64,000 bases of DNA from Eledone cirrhosa (Eukaryota). Position 1 is the first letter of the stretch; each line of letters opens with the position of its first letter. The DNA lies in assembly GCA_964016885.1 (NCBI GenBank), contig OZ024740.1:47244001-47308000 (forward strand), in the 5' to 3' direction. The notes below the pieces were generated by a model. That model saw only the letters and a list, made by a program, of their open reading frames with translations, was not told the origin of the DNA and searched no databases. Below, piece after piece: positions 41,500 to 56,706 of this stretch. The translations under genes were made by a program, and so were the position numbers.

Positions 41500-42236
41500 C
41501 ATTAGCACAGATTAAAAGTTTAGGCAAACATTTCCTGCTTTCTCCGTAAAGCGGTATCTTCTGAAGCTGGGAAAAATCAATCCGTTTGTGCATATATATA
41601 TACATACACTGTGCATATATAAGTATGTGTGTGTGTACATATATATGCCAATGTGTGTGTGTGTATACACAGTTTAAGAATAAACATGACAAATAAAGGG
41701 ATGCAAACACGGTCTTATAAGGTAAATGAGGAGCTCAACGTATTGGACATAAATACTTCTTCGGGAACTAGCAAAGTTGAGAGAGAGAGAGAGAGATAGA
41801 GGGGGAGGGAGATTGAGAGAGGTTGGATGTGTGAAGTGTGGGCCTAGGTGGAGAGTCTAGGTGTGTCATGGGGGCTATTACGCATGTGCAGATGAAGTGT
41901 ATTTCGTGACTGTGCATAAGTACTTCTCTATCGTTGATGAAATTGTCCGTGTGTATAGATCTACGTGTGTCTGGCATTTTTTAATGTAGCATTTTTTACG
42001 TGTGCGCGCATGCGTGTGTGTATGCTTATGTATGAATGTGTGTCTGTGAATGTGTTATGTTTGTGTGTGTGTGTGTGTGTGCTTATGTATGAATGTATGT
42101 TTGTGAATGTGTTATGTTTTGTGTCTATGTGTGTGTGTGTGTGTATGCTTATGTATGAATGTGTGTCTGTGAATTTATGTTTTTGTGTGTGTATGTATAT
42201 ATATGTATACACTTGTATACCTGTAAATTTTTGTTG

Positions 42237-42267
<31 letters not shown>

Positions 42268-42506
42268 ATATATATATATGTATGTGTGTTCATGTTTATG
42301 TGTTTGGTTGAGTTTTATGCAGTTTTGATCTGTGTCGTGGGTGTGTATTATCTCTTCTCTCTCTGTGTGTATGTGTGATCTGTGTGTCGTTGATGTGAAT
42401 GTGTGGCTGCATGAGAGCGTGTATATATACACATGTGTGTTTGAATATTTTATGTATATTTGTGTACGCATGTGTACACGTGTGTGACTGAATTTATGTG
42501 TACATT

Positions 42507-42540
<34 letters not shown>

Positions 42541-44189
42541 CACGTGTGCGTCAGAATTTTCCGTATGTGACTGAATTTATGTGTGCATTTATGTGTGTAC
42601 ACGTTAGTATGTTTGGGTGAGTTTATGCGGTTATTAGTCTGTATATATGAATGTGTTTATACGTGTGTATGCATAAGACTGTCTGTAACAATGTTTTGTA
42701 AAATCCAGATCTTGAGAGTCGCATTCTTCTTCTTACCGTTTCCACACTTATAACTGTTGATGTGATTATATTTTCATTCTGTAAGAATTATAAATAATTT
42801 GTAATGTTATTCATACAACGGCTCTAAAAACATCTGACTGATAAAATGACAAGTCAGTCAATCATATGTCTTCTCACCTTAATACTTGACCCTAACTTTC
42901 CTCCCTTTTTTTCTCCTTCTCCCTTTATTATTTCCATTTGGTCGGGTGATAGGATTAGCAGTATCTTATCAATACTCCCAGGGCCGCGGCGTGGACGCTC
43001 CTATCTTGACCCGACAGTCGCAGTATGCTGGAAATAATTGTTTCTACTTTTGGCACAGTGCATTACTGGTACTTTATTTTATCGACCCCCTAAGGATGAA
43101 AGGCAAAGTTAACCTCGGCGGGATTTGAACTCAGAACGTAAAGGGCCGTAACTCTGTAGTGCAAAGCATGGCGTCCGACCCTCTACCGATACTGCCAATC
43201 CACTATGCTGAAAATAATTGTTTCTACTTTTGGCACAAGGCCAGCAAATATCCAGTGTATTACTGGTACTATGCTGAAAATAATGGTGTGTAGTGGTGAA
43301 GGCTGGGCTATTTCAGGAAGTGGCCATAGGAGGGAAGAGTGGAATCGCCGTGTGGGGCAGACTAAGAATGGAAGCATGACGTAAAGGTGTGATGACTGCA
43401 GGTGTAAGGTAGTGACACAGACTCACTGGGAGGACGAGCTGTTGTGCCTATTTTGTAGAGGAGGTAGTGTGTGTGTGTGTGGGCATGTGTGTGAATGCGA
43501 ATGTGTACGTGTATGTGTGTGTATTTATGTGCGTGTGTGAATGTGTGTATATATGTGTGTGTATGTGTGTGTATGTGTGAGTGCGTGTATGTGCGTGTGC
43601 GCATGCGTGTGTATGTGCGAGTATGTGTGTGTATGCCTGTGTGTGTGTGTGTGTGTGCATGTGGGTGTGTGTGTGTGTGTATGTGTGCATGTATGTATAT
43701 GTGTATGTGTATGTGTATGTGTGCATGTATGTGTTTATGTGTGCGTGTACATGTGTGTACTGTTAATAAAGGAGTGTAATGCTAATGTTTAAGTCAGTGT
43801 AGTGTAGTTAGACGTGTTAGTATAATTAGTTAGTTAGGAAAATTAAATTAGTTAGTATAATTAGTAGCGTTAGGAAAATTAAATGTGTACATTTGTCTAT
43901 GTTTGTATTAGTGTGTCCATGTACGTCAGTGGGTGTGTTGTGTGTTGGTGTAAGAGTGGTCTGTTAGTATAATTGATTAGTTAATTAATAGCGTTAATTA
44001 AATAAAATATGTATCTATAGTGGTGTTGGTGTAACTAATTAATTAGCTATGTTAGCAAATATTTGAGCCTCAACGTAACCAACGAATAAGTTGACGTAGT
44101 TTGGCCCCATTCTTGTGCATACATACATACATACATACATACATACATACATACATACATACATACATACATACATACAAACATACATA

Positions 44190-44840
44190 CATATTTATGA
44201 ATATTTATGCAGAACTGATGAGAAATCTGCAGATACTCCACCCTGATTGTACCTAAAATGCAGGCATAACAGACCAGATATTATGATATGGGACAGGGGG
44301 AAGAAGACATGCACTGTAGTGGAAGTCAGCTGCCCAGCAGATGCCAATATAATATCAAAGATTAACGAAAAGGAGAATATTTATGCAGAACTGATGAGAA
44401 ATCTGCAGATACTCCACCCTGATTACACCTTCAGATTTATGCCTGTGATTATTGGGGCACTGGGATATGTTAGTAACTGCCTCAATACAAATCTTGAGAA
44501 GCTGGACTTCACAGGAACAGAAAGAACACAACTAGTTAGGAAATTACAAGTACAATCCATTAATGGAACAGTAAAAATATGTAAAACATTCCAAATATTT
44601 TGCATCTAATAACTGCATATACACATGTACAGATACAAAGCATATACACATGCACACATACAACTCAAAACATCCACATCCACACATACGATAACATCAA
44701 TATACACACATGCATGCATGCATACATAATCTACTTAGTTGATGTTGGGTAAATTCCAATGAGAGAGTCTTGTGTCTATGTTAGAACCCGACTCTCTCTC
44801 TATTGGTAAAACTTTGTGAAATTATAAAACCAGAAGAACA
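44190..44840 (+). mobile_element. R4/Dong-like 3' fragment, second copy
   Basis: Highly similar to the reverse complement of 11065-11645; flanked by (CATA)n on both sides. Confidence 0.9.
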
Positions 44841-45146
44841 TACATACATGATGATGGCTTCCCCTTCGTTATCGAGTATGGCCATTGCATGATATACCAT
44901 TATTAATAATTATTAATAAATTCCATCGTGCTATGCCTGTGCGTGGAGATATTTTTTAAAGTGAGGAAAGACTGTGTACTGAGCCAATCCCACTCTCTGA
45001 GCGACAGTAGCTATATTCCGAAAAGAAGAAAAGATCAGCATCATCGGTAACTACTGAGCAGCAGGTTTTATATCGGAGTTATCACAGTTTCCTGAATTGC
45101 CTTCTCCTAGAAGAATGCTCTGAGAAAGACTAGGGATCCTTCACTC

Positions 45147-46437
45147 CCAGTGGTTTAAACGCACGATCGGGTGTCCGGCCCGACTATTTCTAACATACAT
45201 ACATATATGGTGGCTGCCAACTCGTTTTCGAGTACGGCCACTACTTTATATCCATGTAGGAGAACTCCTACCGATGCGCTAAACAAGTGTGACCTTTTAG
45301 TCCAGCCAGCGACTTGAAAACTCTGGTACAAACACTACACCTGTGACAATTATTGACACATAGTGCTGGGCCCATGGCACCATGTGACGACAAGTGCAGA
45401 GAGATCTCCAGATATAAAGCAATGCCTGTGCCGTGAAGCTTTTATAGTGAGCAAAGGCACTGCACAAAGCCAGTCCCACTCTCTTAACCAAGATGATATT
45501 TACCAAAAAGAAGAACAAGTCAACATCATTGGATACCATCAGGGTTGCAGGTGTTATATCAGAGTTTTCCTTCTCCTAGAATTCTGCCTTGACAAAGGCT
45601 AAGGGGTCATCTCTCCCGGTGATTTTGGATGGACATTGACTCTTAAGAGCTCCTTTGCCCTTTGACAGGTTTTGTTTTTAGTCCTGCAGGATGTCCAAAG
45701 TCACCCTCCTCACCAAGAAACCTTGGTGGGGTTGCCAGTTTAGTCGCCAACGACCCGACCGTGGGACAGGTTGTACTGGGATACATGTTACCAGTAGCAC
45801 CAACTGGAGACCCGACATATACATATATACATACATATATATATACATACATATATACATGGTGGCTGCCAACTCGTTTTCGAGTAAGGCCACTACTTTA
45901 TATCCATGTAGGAGAACCCCTACCGATGCGCTGAACGAGTGTGACTTTTTAGTCCAGCAGGCGACTTGAAAACTCTGGCACAAACACTACACTTGTGACA
46001 ATTATTGACACAGGCCCATGGTACCATGTGACGACAAGGGCAGAGAGATCTCCAGATATAAAGCAATGCCTGTGCCGTGAAGCTTTTATAGTGAGCAAAG
46101 GCACTGCACAAAGCCAGTCCCACTCTTTTAACCAAGATGATATTTACCAAAAAGAAGAACAAGTCAACATCATTGGATACCATCAGGGTTGCAGGTGTTA
46201 TATCAGAGTTTTCCTTCTCCTAGAATTCTGCTTTGACAAGGGCTAAGGGGTCATCTCTCCCGGTGATTTTGGATGGCCATTGACTCTTAAGAGCTCCTTT
46301 GCCCTTTGACAGGTTTTGTTTTTAGTCCTGCAGGATGTCCAAAGTCACCCTCCTCACCAAGAAACCTTGGTGGCGTTGCCAGTTTAGTCGCCAACGACCC
46401 GACCATGAGACAGGTTGTACTGGGATACATGTTACCA
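45147..46437 (-). mobile_element. Two tandem copies of a ~600-670 bp non-autonomous RTE-derived element
   Basis: Copies at 45147-45815 and 45858-46437 retain a C2H2 remnant (CSVCARVFKSPAGLKSH) and the RTE-like tail GGCCGTACTCGAAAACGAG..(TATG)n. Confidence 0.75.
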
Positions 46438-46531
46438 TACATACATACAACCATACATACATACACACACATCCATCCATACATACATACATATATACAC
46501 ATATCCATACATCCATACATACATACATACA

Positions 46532-46563
<32 letters not shown>

Positions 46564-46717
46564 CACCCCCACAAATATTTATTCGATTTGGTAAGCCGGA
46601 ACTTTAGGTCTTTTCAAGTACGATATAAACATCCTTACTTGATGAAACACCGATTCTGGTACCATTTCCGTTTGACCATAGTAACCTTTCTTCCGTTTGT
46701 TCGCATTACTTATATAT

Positions 46718-46976
<259 letters not shown>

Positions 46977-47034
46977 TGTGTGTGTGTGTGTCTGTGTGTG
47001 TCTGTGTGTGTCTGTGTGTGTCTGTGTGTGTGTG

Positions 47035-48115
47035 TACATCGAGACGACGGCCTCTTCGCCTTACACAAGGTTAACCCCAGAACCTCTGATGGGTTTCGGA
47101 GAAACTTAAGCTCGTTCTTCCGTAATCTAGGATTTAGTATAACCATAGCATCTAATATGACTAGGGCCAACATTTTAGATGTCACTCTCAACCTAGATAC
47201 TTCCCTCTATTACCCGAACCACAAACCTAACGAGTCCCTTAGATATATCAATGTTAATTCTAATCACCCCCAAAACAGAACAGATAACTTAGTAAAAATG
47301 GTCTCAATTAGAATCTCCGGCCTCTCGGCCATTGAAAATATATTTAACGCCTCTTCCTTCTATTACAACGATGCCCTCACCCGCAGCGGATTTAAAGAAA
47401 AGATCACTTACCTAGAAACCACCCCAAGACTACCTAGGAGGAATAGACATAGGCAGATTAGTTAGTACACCCCCCCGTTCAATAGAGAGGTCTCTACACC
47501 TATAGCTAGGACTTTCTTCATTTTACAGAACACACACTTCCCCATACAACATAGGTACTACACTATCTTTAATAAAAACACAATAAGACTCTCCTACTCC
47601 ACTACACCTAACCTAGCTAGGAATATAGCCAATCTCAACACTAAAAAATTAAATAATCCTACTACCTCCCAACCCAATCCCCGGACGGTAGTCCTGTGCA
47701 ATTGCCAAAATAAGGAAACCTGCCCACTTGAAAACAAATGCTTGACAAATGACATCGTATACAAATGTGTCATCTCAAGCACCGATGACGACAACAACAA
47801 AAAGACTTACATCGGCATGACTTCCAATAATTTAAAGACCCGGTTGTATGCCCACTCTTTCAGAAGACTGGACAAATCAAATCAGACAACACTCGCCTCC
47901 TACGTCTGGGACCTCAAAAGGACCCCCCCCCCCGCCCTCCACGCTTAAATGGAAAATACTCCAGAAGCGCGCTCTTACAAGCGAGGGTACAAGTGCTGTG
48001 ACCTTTGTATTTCAGCAAGCTATGAAATATTATTTGCCAAGGGCCCGCTACTGAACAAACTCTCTGAACACTGCCCGAATTGCATACATACATACACACA
48101 AAAACTTTGAAACTT
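47035..48115 (+). pseudogene. Second Naiad-type Penelope-like ORF fragment (RT C-terminal part, thumb, GIY-YIG), disrupted
   Basis: HRDDGL, NILDVTLNL, Y.P.HKPN..L.YI...SNHP, *YTPPF, CNCQ..CPL, IVY..YIG, CDLC; contains stops and frameshifts. Confidence 0.88.
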
Positions 48116-48805
48116 TCAAATACCTTAAGCCAGTGTTGATGCCAGATGGCTAAAAAAGATTTTCTTTAAAAAAACAAAACAAAAAAACCCCACTATACAA
48201 CATACCCCCTCCACCCCCTTCCCACCCTACCCCTACCCCCTCTCGACCCGAAACACGGTACTATGGTTATATAAGTACTTCTTACCTATCTGCCTTTTCC
48301 ACATGTAGAGCGTACTTCATTTTTATACATAGATGTGTGTGTGTGTGTATATGTGTATATATATGAGTGTATGTATATCTGTATGTGTGGCTGTCTGTAT
48401 ATATTTGTGTACGCGCGTGTTTATATATATGTATATATGTGTATATATATATATGTTTCTTTGTATGTATGTGTGGATGTGTATATATGTGTGTATGTGT
48501 ATATATGTGTATGTGTGTGTGTATGTGTATATATATATGTATGTATATGTGTATGTATATATGTATATATATGTATGTATATATGTATATGTATGTATAT
48601 ATGTATATATATATGTATATATATATATCTGTATGTATATATACATATGCATATATATACATATATATATATATGTATATATGTGTATGTGTATGTATAT
48701 GTATATATGTATATATGTATATACGTGTGTATGTATATGTATATACGTATGTATATATGTGTATGTGTATGTTTGTGTGTATATGTATATGCGTGTATGT
48801 ATGGG

Positions 48806-48836
<31 letters not shown>

Positions 48837-49018
48837 ATGTTTGTGTGTATATATATATATATATATATACACACACATATATATATATTTATATATATAT
48901 ATACATACATACACAAACATGCTGAACCGGCAATCGCTCTGTATAATCAATTCCTGATTATTACTGGAATTCTATAAGAATCCAGCCACTATAATTTGCA
49001 GCAAAGGTTGGCGAGTGC

Positions 49019-49064
49019 TAAGCTCTGATGAACACCAACAGTGTGAAACAGATCTGTCAGCTTA
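49019..49064 (+). ncRNA. Type I hammerhead ribozyme, probably in the pLTR of the 47035-48115 PLE
   Basis: TAAGCT-CTGATGA-ACAC(CAACA)GTGT-GAAA-CAGATCT-GTC-AGCTTA; GUC triplet; palindromic ACAGATCTGT. Confidence 0.9.
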
Positions 49065-49989
49065 TCTCCCTTCCTTTGTTGAAAAAAGAAGTAAGTGACA
49101 TAGTCACTACTTTAAAATAATGGCGCAAGGTCTTCAACGTATTTTTAATTAAACATACAGTATATTGCCAAATATATTATACATACATTCATATATATAA
49201 ATATATTCGTATATATATATATACCCACATATACACCCCATCCTGTAGACACCAATTTGAACCTGTTTACAATATTCTTTCTGCATTTGTTAATATAAAT
49301 TATAGCTTTAAATAATTAGCTTTTAATGAACTCCCTTTTCTCTAAATCCATCAACCAATGACTTCCACCCATCCCAATCCCTACCCTCTCCTTTTCACCA
49401 GAAAATATATAAATACCACCACATTTACATGGACAGTCAGCTTCCTGATGGTTTCTCACGAATGAAACAGTTCTAGTCATGTAGAAGCTTTTATATATAT
49501 ATATATATACAATATATTAATAAATGGAAACTTTATTTATAAAACCATAATTATTTTATTATATATATTTCAAGGGCAACCAAGGCAAATTTTGCTGCGC
49601 TTTCATCAGATAAAATACAAAATTTGTTTTATAAATGTTGACATACCAGCATGGCCTCAGCTGAAACAGGTAAAAAAAAAAAAAATACCCGCGGAAAAAC
49701 AACCTTGACGGTTGAAGGTTAACCTCATATATATTGATGAGGAGGACTTTGGATTTACTCCTTTAATTGTTCATGCCCTTTTTTTCGCAGCCATTAGTTG
49801 TCCATGCCCGTTTTTGTTAGTCCTTAATTTTACTTGTTTTGTAACAACAGTTGCCACAGTCCCCTGGATATTAGTCATGAGATCAGTAGCAACTTTTTTG
49901 CTCTCTTTCAAGATCAAATGAAGCTTCCTATTCCTCTCATGTTTTCAACGAGTTGCAGCACCTATTCGTTTGTTTCTCCAAGGTAAGTG

Positions 49990-50400
49990 GCCAATCCAAC
50001 TGCAGTGGTTTTATAAGACAGTTCAAATTGGGTTAAACCTCTGCCTCCTTGAGTCTGGGAAGGTAAAGATGATCCACATTTGCCTTTGAGTAGTGCATCT
50101 TATTACACTTTTAACAACTTACGAATTTTAGTGTCAATTCTCTTCATTTCAGTAATATTCCAGTTCAGCAAATTGAAGCTATAACTAACAACTGGAACTG
50201 TTAAGTAATTTGTTGTTAACACCTTGTTATGTGCATTTACGCGTGGCTCAGATTACAGAACAGATCGTAGTCTCCTATAACATTCCTTCCTTATCTTCTC
50301 TTTCATGGTTTCATGCTGAATACCGGAGCCTTCAGTTATACCTAGGTATTCATAGGTTTGTTCCTGCTCAAATTCTTTTATAACTGTTTCAATAAGCAGT
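49990..50400 (-). mobile_element. Degraded R4-like RT fragment
   Basis: Manual translation gives TYEYLGI..Y.RR.R.VL..NAHNK..VPVVSYSF.LLNW...IDTKIRKLL. Confidence 0.7.
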
Positions 50401-50693
50401 ACAACTGAATTTCCCGCCGAAGTTAGTTTTGCCTTTCATCCTTACGGAATCGATCAAATAAAGTACCAGTCACGCACTGAGGTCGATTTAATCTACTTTC
50501 CCCTTCCCCAAAATTGCTGGCCCCGTGTCTAAATCAGTAACCATTATTATTACTATTATTACGGGGTCGATAAAATAAAGTACCAGTAATACACTGGGTA
50601 TTTGCTGGCCTTGTGCCTAACGTAGAAACAATTATTATTAAGGTGGTACCCAAACATGGCCACTGACTAATGAGCGGAACCACTGAAAGAATG

Positions 50694-50725
<32 letters not shown>

Positions 50726-50734
50726 TATACACTT

Positions 50735-51172
50735 CGTTTTTGAATTTGTTTTGCAAGATTTCTTATCTGAAAACGTGTGTTGAAACAGATATTCTTATAC
50801 TTTGGGAGCTGCCAATAACACACGCAGCTGTTGATTTTCACTTAAACTTATTATAAATTTATGGTTGGTTGATTGGTTGGTTCGATAACCGGATGGTTGT
50901 TTATATATTATCAAAGCTCTTTCGTCACACATTCTGTGACCTCCCCAGTGACTAGATTTTTATTTTGTGTCTCTCCTTTGTTCTGTCACACACAAACACA
51001 AGATGGTGTAGAACAGAAAAAGGAGGGTCATAAAATAAAAACCTAGTCACTGAGGAGGTCACAGAAAGTATGACGAAAGAGCTTTGGCAATATTTAAACA
51101 ACCATCCGGTTATCGAACCAACCAACGGAAATTTATAATAAATTGAAGTTAACACCAACAGCTGCGTGTTTT
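50735..51172 (+). mobile_element. Fold-back element, family of 175-718, with HHR at 51046-51088
   Basis: Inverted arms ~50818-50955 / 51042-51171; GTCA-CTGAGGA-G-GTCA..TGAC-GAAA-GAGCTT-TGGC. Confidence 0.75.
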
Positions 51173-51749
51173 TATATATGTATATATATGTGTATATATA
51201 CATAAGGATTTTAGCCGAATATAACGACCCTAATCTTTATTATATCAATCTGTTTTATTGAATGACAAAGATAAACTTTTAGAAAAAGGACCACAACACG
51301 GCACGCCGGTTGAGACTGGCATACATAAACGTACAAAAATGTATACACATACACTCTTTCTAGAACACACATACACACATATATATATTATATATGTATC
51401 TGTGTGTATGTATATATGTATATATATGTGTGTGTGTGTGTATGAGACAAAGAGTGTGTGTGTGTGTTTATATTTACTGTTTGTTTATGTCCTCTAACTA
51501 GCGGTTCGTCGAAAGGAGATCGATAAATTAAGTGCTAGACTTGAAAATATATATACCGATCGACTAAATCCCAATAGTCTAATGAGGGAAACTATATATA
51601 AAATAAAAGTATAATAGAACATGTGCTTGTGTGTGTGCAGGCACGCGTGTTAGTGTGTTGGAATGTGTGTGCGTGTATGATTGTTTATGTGTGTGCTTTT
51701 TATGTGCGTTTGTTTGTGTCTGTGTGTTTGCGTGCGTGCGTATATATGC

Positions 51750-52089
<340 letters not shown>

Positions 52090-52251
52090 ATATATATATA
52101 TATATATATATATGCAAAAGTTCTATTTAAAGTTGTTGGGATACAACAAGTAAATATTTTTATAACTGATATAAAGCACTCGACAAATTTTTGGAGTAGA
52201 TATACGATATTAATAAATGGAAACTAAATATAGTTTCCATTTATTAATATC

Positions 52252-52347
<96 letters not shown>

Positions 52348-52404
52348 GTGTGTGTGTGTGTGTGTATCTATCATCTATCTATCTAATTCTCTCTCTCTCT
52401 CACC

Positions 52405-52479
<75 letters not shown>

Positions 52480-52511
52480 GGTGTGTAGCATGAAAGCGAC
52501 AGATAGATAGA

Positions 52512-52690
52512 TATATTTCTTTATTTGCCACAGGGGCGTACAAAAATGGGACATTACAAGTGTGACGGCGCGGGTTTTACACAAAAATAACTTTAACATT
52601 AATAAATAACAATAAACTATATATAATAAAATAACAATTGAAATCCCCAATAGGGGGGAACGTTCTTGCAGGGTTGTTTTACACCCCGTG
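52512..52690 (-). mobile_element. Short 3' end of a Tx1-related element within (GATA)n
   Basis: GATAGATATATTTCTTTATTT.CCA junction shared with 20240-20267. Confidence 0.6.
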
Positions 52691-52838
52691 GATAGATAGA
52701 AAGATAGATAGATAGATAGATAGATATTCATTTATAGGTATCTAGAAAACAAATTTTTCACTGCTTCTTTCTCTACTTCTGTCTCACCATCTCATTCCTC
52801 CGTCTCTCTTTCCCTTTCATTACTCCCTCTCTCGCCCT

Positions 52839-52886
<48 letters not shown>

Positions 52887-53348
52887 CCTCTCTCTCTCTC
52901 TCTATGTCACTACCTTTCCCACTCCACCCTTATTCGCGTCATTCTTTCCTCTGTCATTCCCAACACTATCTGCCTGCCGGTAAAGCCGCTTTTCTGTCTG
53001 CCTGTTTGTCTGTACGTCTACTGCTGCTGCCCGCCTACACGGCTGCCAGCAAGCAGGTCGGTGTAGGCGACCTGACCAATCACTGTGTTGTGTGTTGTGT
53101 GTGCCTTTCAACCTTGTCTTGCAGTGTTATGTGCACGCCACTTGTTATTATTACCTCAGTGGAGCAGTCGATCTGACAGACAGACGTGCTGTTAGCCAAC
53201 TAAGTCCGATCGGGACAAGCCCCGGTATACTGACTGACTGACATTTCAAGTCCCAGAAGTGTCAATAGCAACCACAACAACAATAACAGCGAAGCTAACT
53301 ACAGAAAGAAACTAAAGAAAGTGGATCTAACTAATTAACTGTTCAACA

Positions 53349-53498
53349 ATGTGGATGCTTAAATTACTAGTGGCTGTCCAGCTACTAGCCATCGCTTTGG
53401 CCAGTAGCAACATAGGGATTGGACATTACCAACATTCATTGATATCTGTGCACAACAGCTATCGTAAAAAGTTGTCGGGAGACGGAGTAAGATCTTTG
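53349..53498 (+). CDS. Probable first coding exon of a secreted CAP/SCP (CRISP/Ag5/PR-1)-domain protein
   Basis: Good start context (ACAATG), hydrophobic signal peptide MWMLKLLVAVQLLAIALAS, LISVHNSYR (HN.YR motif), and a phase-0 donor TTG|GTAAGC at 53499. Non-repetitive upstream sequence contains CCAAT. Confidence 0.7.
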
Positions 53499-53830
53499 GT
53501 AAGCTTCAAATACCCTTTTTTATATACTGGTTCCATAAATTTTCTATTATCTATTATTACAAAGGTGTGACATTTGACACCTCTCAATTACAATTTTTTA
53601 ATGTTTTTTTTTTAGTTTTTATATACGTATAAAAGTTTGTTGGGTTTATATATATTTAAACTTAAAGCAAAAACTTGTTTTGGTTTGTTTTACCATATAA
53701 GGTTACAGTTGAAAGGAACGTTTGAGTAGGGTAAATTAATATACATTACTGTTAGTAGTTATGTGGCAAAGGCGAAGACGAAGACATGAATGTATGACAC
53801 GAGTGCGTTAATATTTTTTTAATGAAATTA

Positions 53831-53873
<43 letters not shown>

Positions 53874-54272
53874 TTATTCAATCGCATTAAGTATTCGCAG
53901 AATTGAATAATAGACACAGTGAGCCCTAAACTTTTGATTTGTCTCCAGAAGTTTTGAGAAGTGTGCCATAACATTAAGTTTAAAGTTTAAGGTTGGCAGA
54001 ATTGGTGCCACATCGCTTTCACTTTTTAATTGTAACTACTTTCACTTCATTTTTCTGGCTGCTGGTGCCATTGTGAAATAGATAGGGCACAAAACGGTCC
54101 CCCGATAGAATAGATTAAAAGCAAATATAGAGAGCGAATATTTCATAATGTATATTTCACCTGTAGAAGTATTATCAGATTCCGGATTATTAGAATACTG
54201 ATTGTGGGTAGCGGAGTAGTTTGAAATAATCTTTACATAGACATGTTGACACACACACTCACACACACACGC

Positions 54273-54333
<61 letters not shown>

Positions 54334-54496
54334 CACACACACACACATACACACACACACGCACACACACACGCAGACATGTGCATACATATACATATGC
54401 ATATATATACATACACAAGCACATACGTACATATATATATATTTGATATATTCATATATATATATATCACTCACACATATATATACTCACACATGT

Positions 54497-54537
<41 letters not shown>

Positions 54538-54599
54538 CATACACACATATATTTATATACATACATACACACATATATATATACATACATACACATGTA

Positions 54600-54672
54600 C
54601 AGGGTATCCAAAAAATGTATACACAGTAATACACAGGTAATGAAAGTGTATATACTTTTTGGGGACAACCTG
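54600..54672. mobile_element. Tiny Tc1/mariner-type MITE; related copy at ~58750-58858
   Basis: TA|CAGGGTATCC...GGACAACCTG|TA. Confidence 0.65.
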
Positions 54673-54735
54673 TATATATATATATTTTGGGACAACCTGT
54701 ATATATACATACACACACACACACACACACACACA

Positions 54736-54786
<51 letters not shown>

Positions 54787-54979
54787 GTGTATGTATATTT
54801 GCATGTATGTATATATATAGGAAAAAGTATGACTCCGACGGCAGAGCTCAAGCCGTTTCGACGGCTATTTCTGGACCCCGTCGGGGTCATACTTTTTCCT
54901 ATTTCCCACTCTACTACCCTAAGTATTGAGTACTCTGGTGCGTTATGGTCCATCTGGTTCCTTACCACATTTCCTTTGC

Positions 54980-55174
<195 letters not shown>

Positions 55175-55219
55175 TATATATATATATATATATATATATG
55201 CATATATATAAGCGCCACA

Positions 55220-55620
55220 TCAACTCTATGATGTGGAAAATATACCATTAATATTGCCAAAATGATGTTGGCATCACCTTTGAAATCCCGCCACGTCTAA
55301 GTCCCCCCCATGCCATCAACCCACCACAAAAATCGAACTTGCATCTCATAGTAATCATACGACACAAACAATTCACCTCAATTGGCTCCGTTCTCTTTAA
55401 TATGAAACAGAAATACATTGAGACAGAAATAGGTCCCATCATATTTTAAATGTTTCCTGGATAAATTCCTCCAAGAAATCCCGGATAAACCCCATACACT
55501 CGTGAATGTCTCTGAAAATAACAAGTCTTTATTTGAGTGGACAACGGTGTTAAAAAAAAAAGATTTCGCCAAGTCATTCTATTAAGTTGGACATGGCCTA
55601 GGCCAACCCTATCCGAAACC
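55220..55620 (+). mobile_element. Degraded CR1/L2-group LINE 3' end
   Basis: Translates to G..LFN and FKCFLDKFLQEIPDKP motifs. Confidence 0.6.
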
Positions 55621-55725
55621 TATCAAATTTATCAAAGTTATCAAAGTTATATATATTCACATATATACATACACACACACACACACGCATACATATATAT
55701 ATATATATATGTGTATATATATATG

Positions 55726-55791
<66 letters not shown>

Positions 55792-55948
55792 CATATTATT
55801 GTGCAGGAGTCTGAAAGATCCATAGACGCGTGTAACCCTAACAGAATTCTCAGGGAGATTCAGTCTAAGTCAGTGAGTGACATGGGTGGCACCTATAAGT
55901 AATTATTGCCATCTGGGTGAACTGGAGCCGAACAACCTTATCACTAAG

Positions 55949-55986
<38 letters not shown>

Positions 55987-56348
55987 ACTCTCTCTCCCCC
56001 TCCCTTTCTCTCTCTCTGTCGCTCTCTCACCCTCTCTCTCTCTATTGTGAGGTTGTGAGTTCGATTCCCGGACCGGGCGATGCGTTATGTCCTTGAGCAA
56101 GACACTTTATTTCACGTTGCGCCTTCTACCTGGAGTTGCGACCGATTGATAGTATTTGCAACTGGAAAGACCAACGGAAACATTGTTTCCTCGGTCCAAT
56201 TTGACAAAAGTCGATCGATCCTTTTTTTAAATAATATATATATATATATATATACAATAGACGTGTGTTTTTTCAAAGAAATCCTTTTCGTTTCAGTCAA
56301 TACCCACTATCCTCTATCTTTCTATTTTTCCTTTAATTGCTCATTCTA

Positions 56349-56384
56349 TTTTCTGATGAAAGAACAGCGTCCGAAACGTTAAGA
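56349..56384 (+). ncRNA. Minimal HHR motif with a partly decayed stem II
   Basis: TTTT-CTGATGA-AAGAACAGCGTCC-GAAA-CGTT-AAGA. Confidence 0.6.
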
Positions 56385-56706
56385 GTATTTCCTAACATAT
56401 CAACCGTAAAACTAATATATTTCTTCATTTTACTGTGGTGTTTGCTTTGTTATTTCTGTTTGCCTTTTTCGAGAAGTGTTCAGCCATGTGTACGTTATCT
56501 TCTCGAGCCGGTTGTTTCTTTGATCGCATTAGCTGGAACACTTGCTGTCGGAACCGCCGGTGGTTCGAAACACATTCGTATGTATGTATGTATGTATGTA
56601 TGTATGTATGTATGTATGTATGTATGTATGTATGTGTGTATGTATGTATGTATGTATGCATGTATGCATGTATGTATGTATGAATGCATATATGTATGTA
56701 TGTATG

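Noticed and set aside
47455-47470. Possible selenocysteine recoding in the Naiad-like ORF
   Set aside because: The in-frame stop is TAG at a conserved Trp, not TGA at a Cys, and the copy also has frameshifts.
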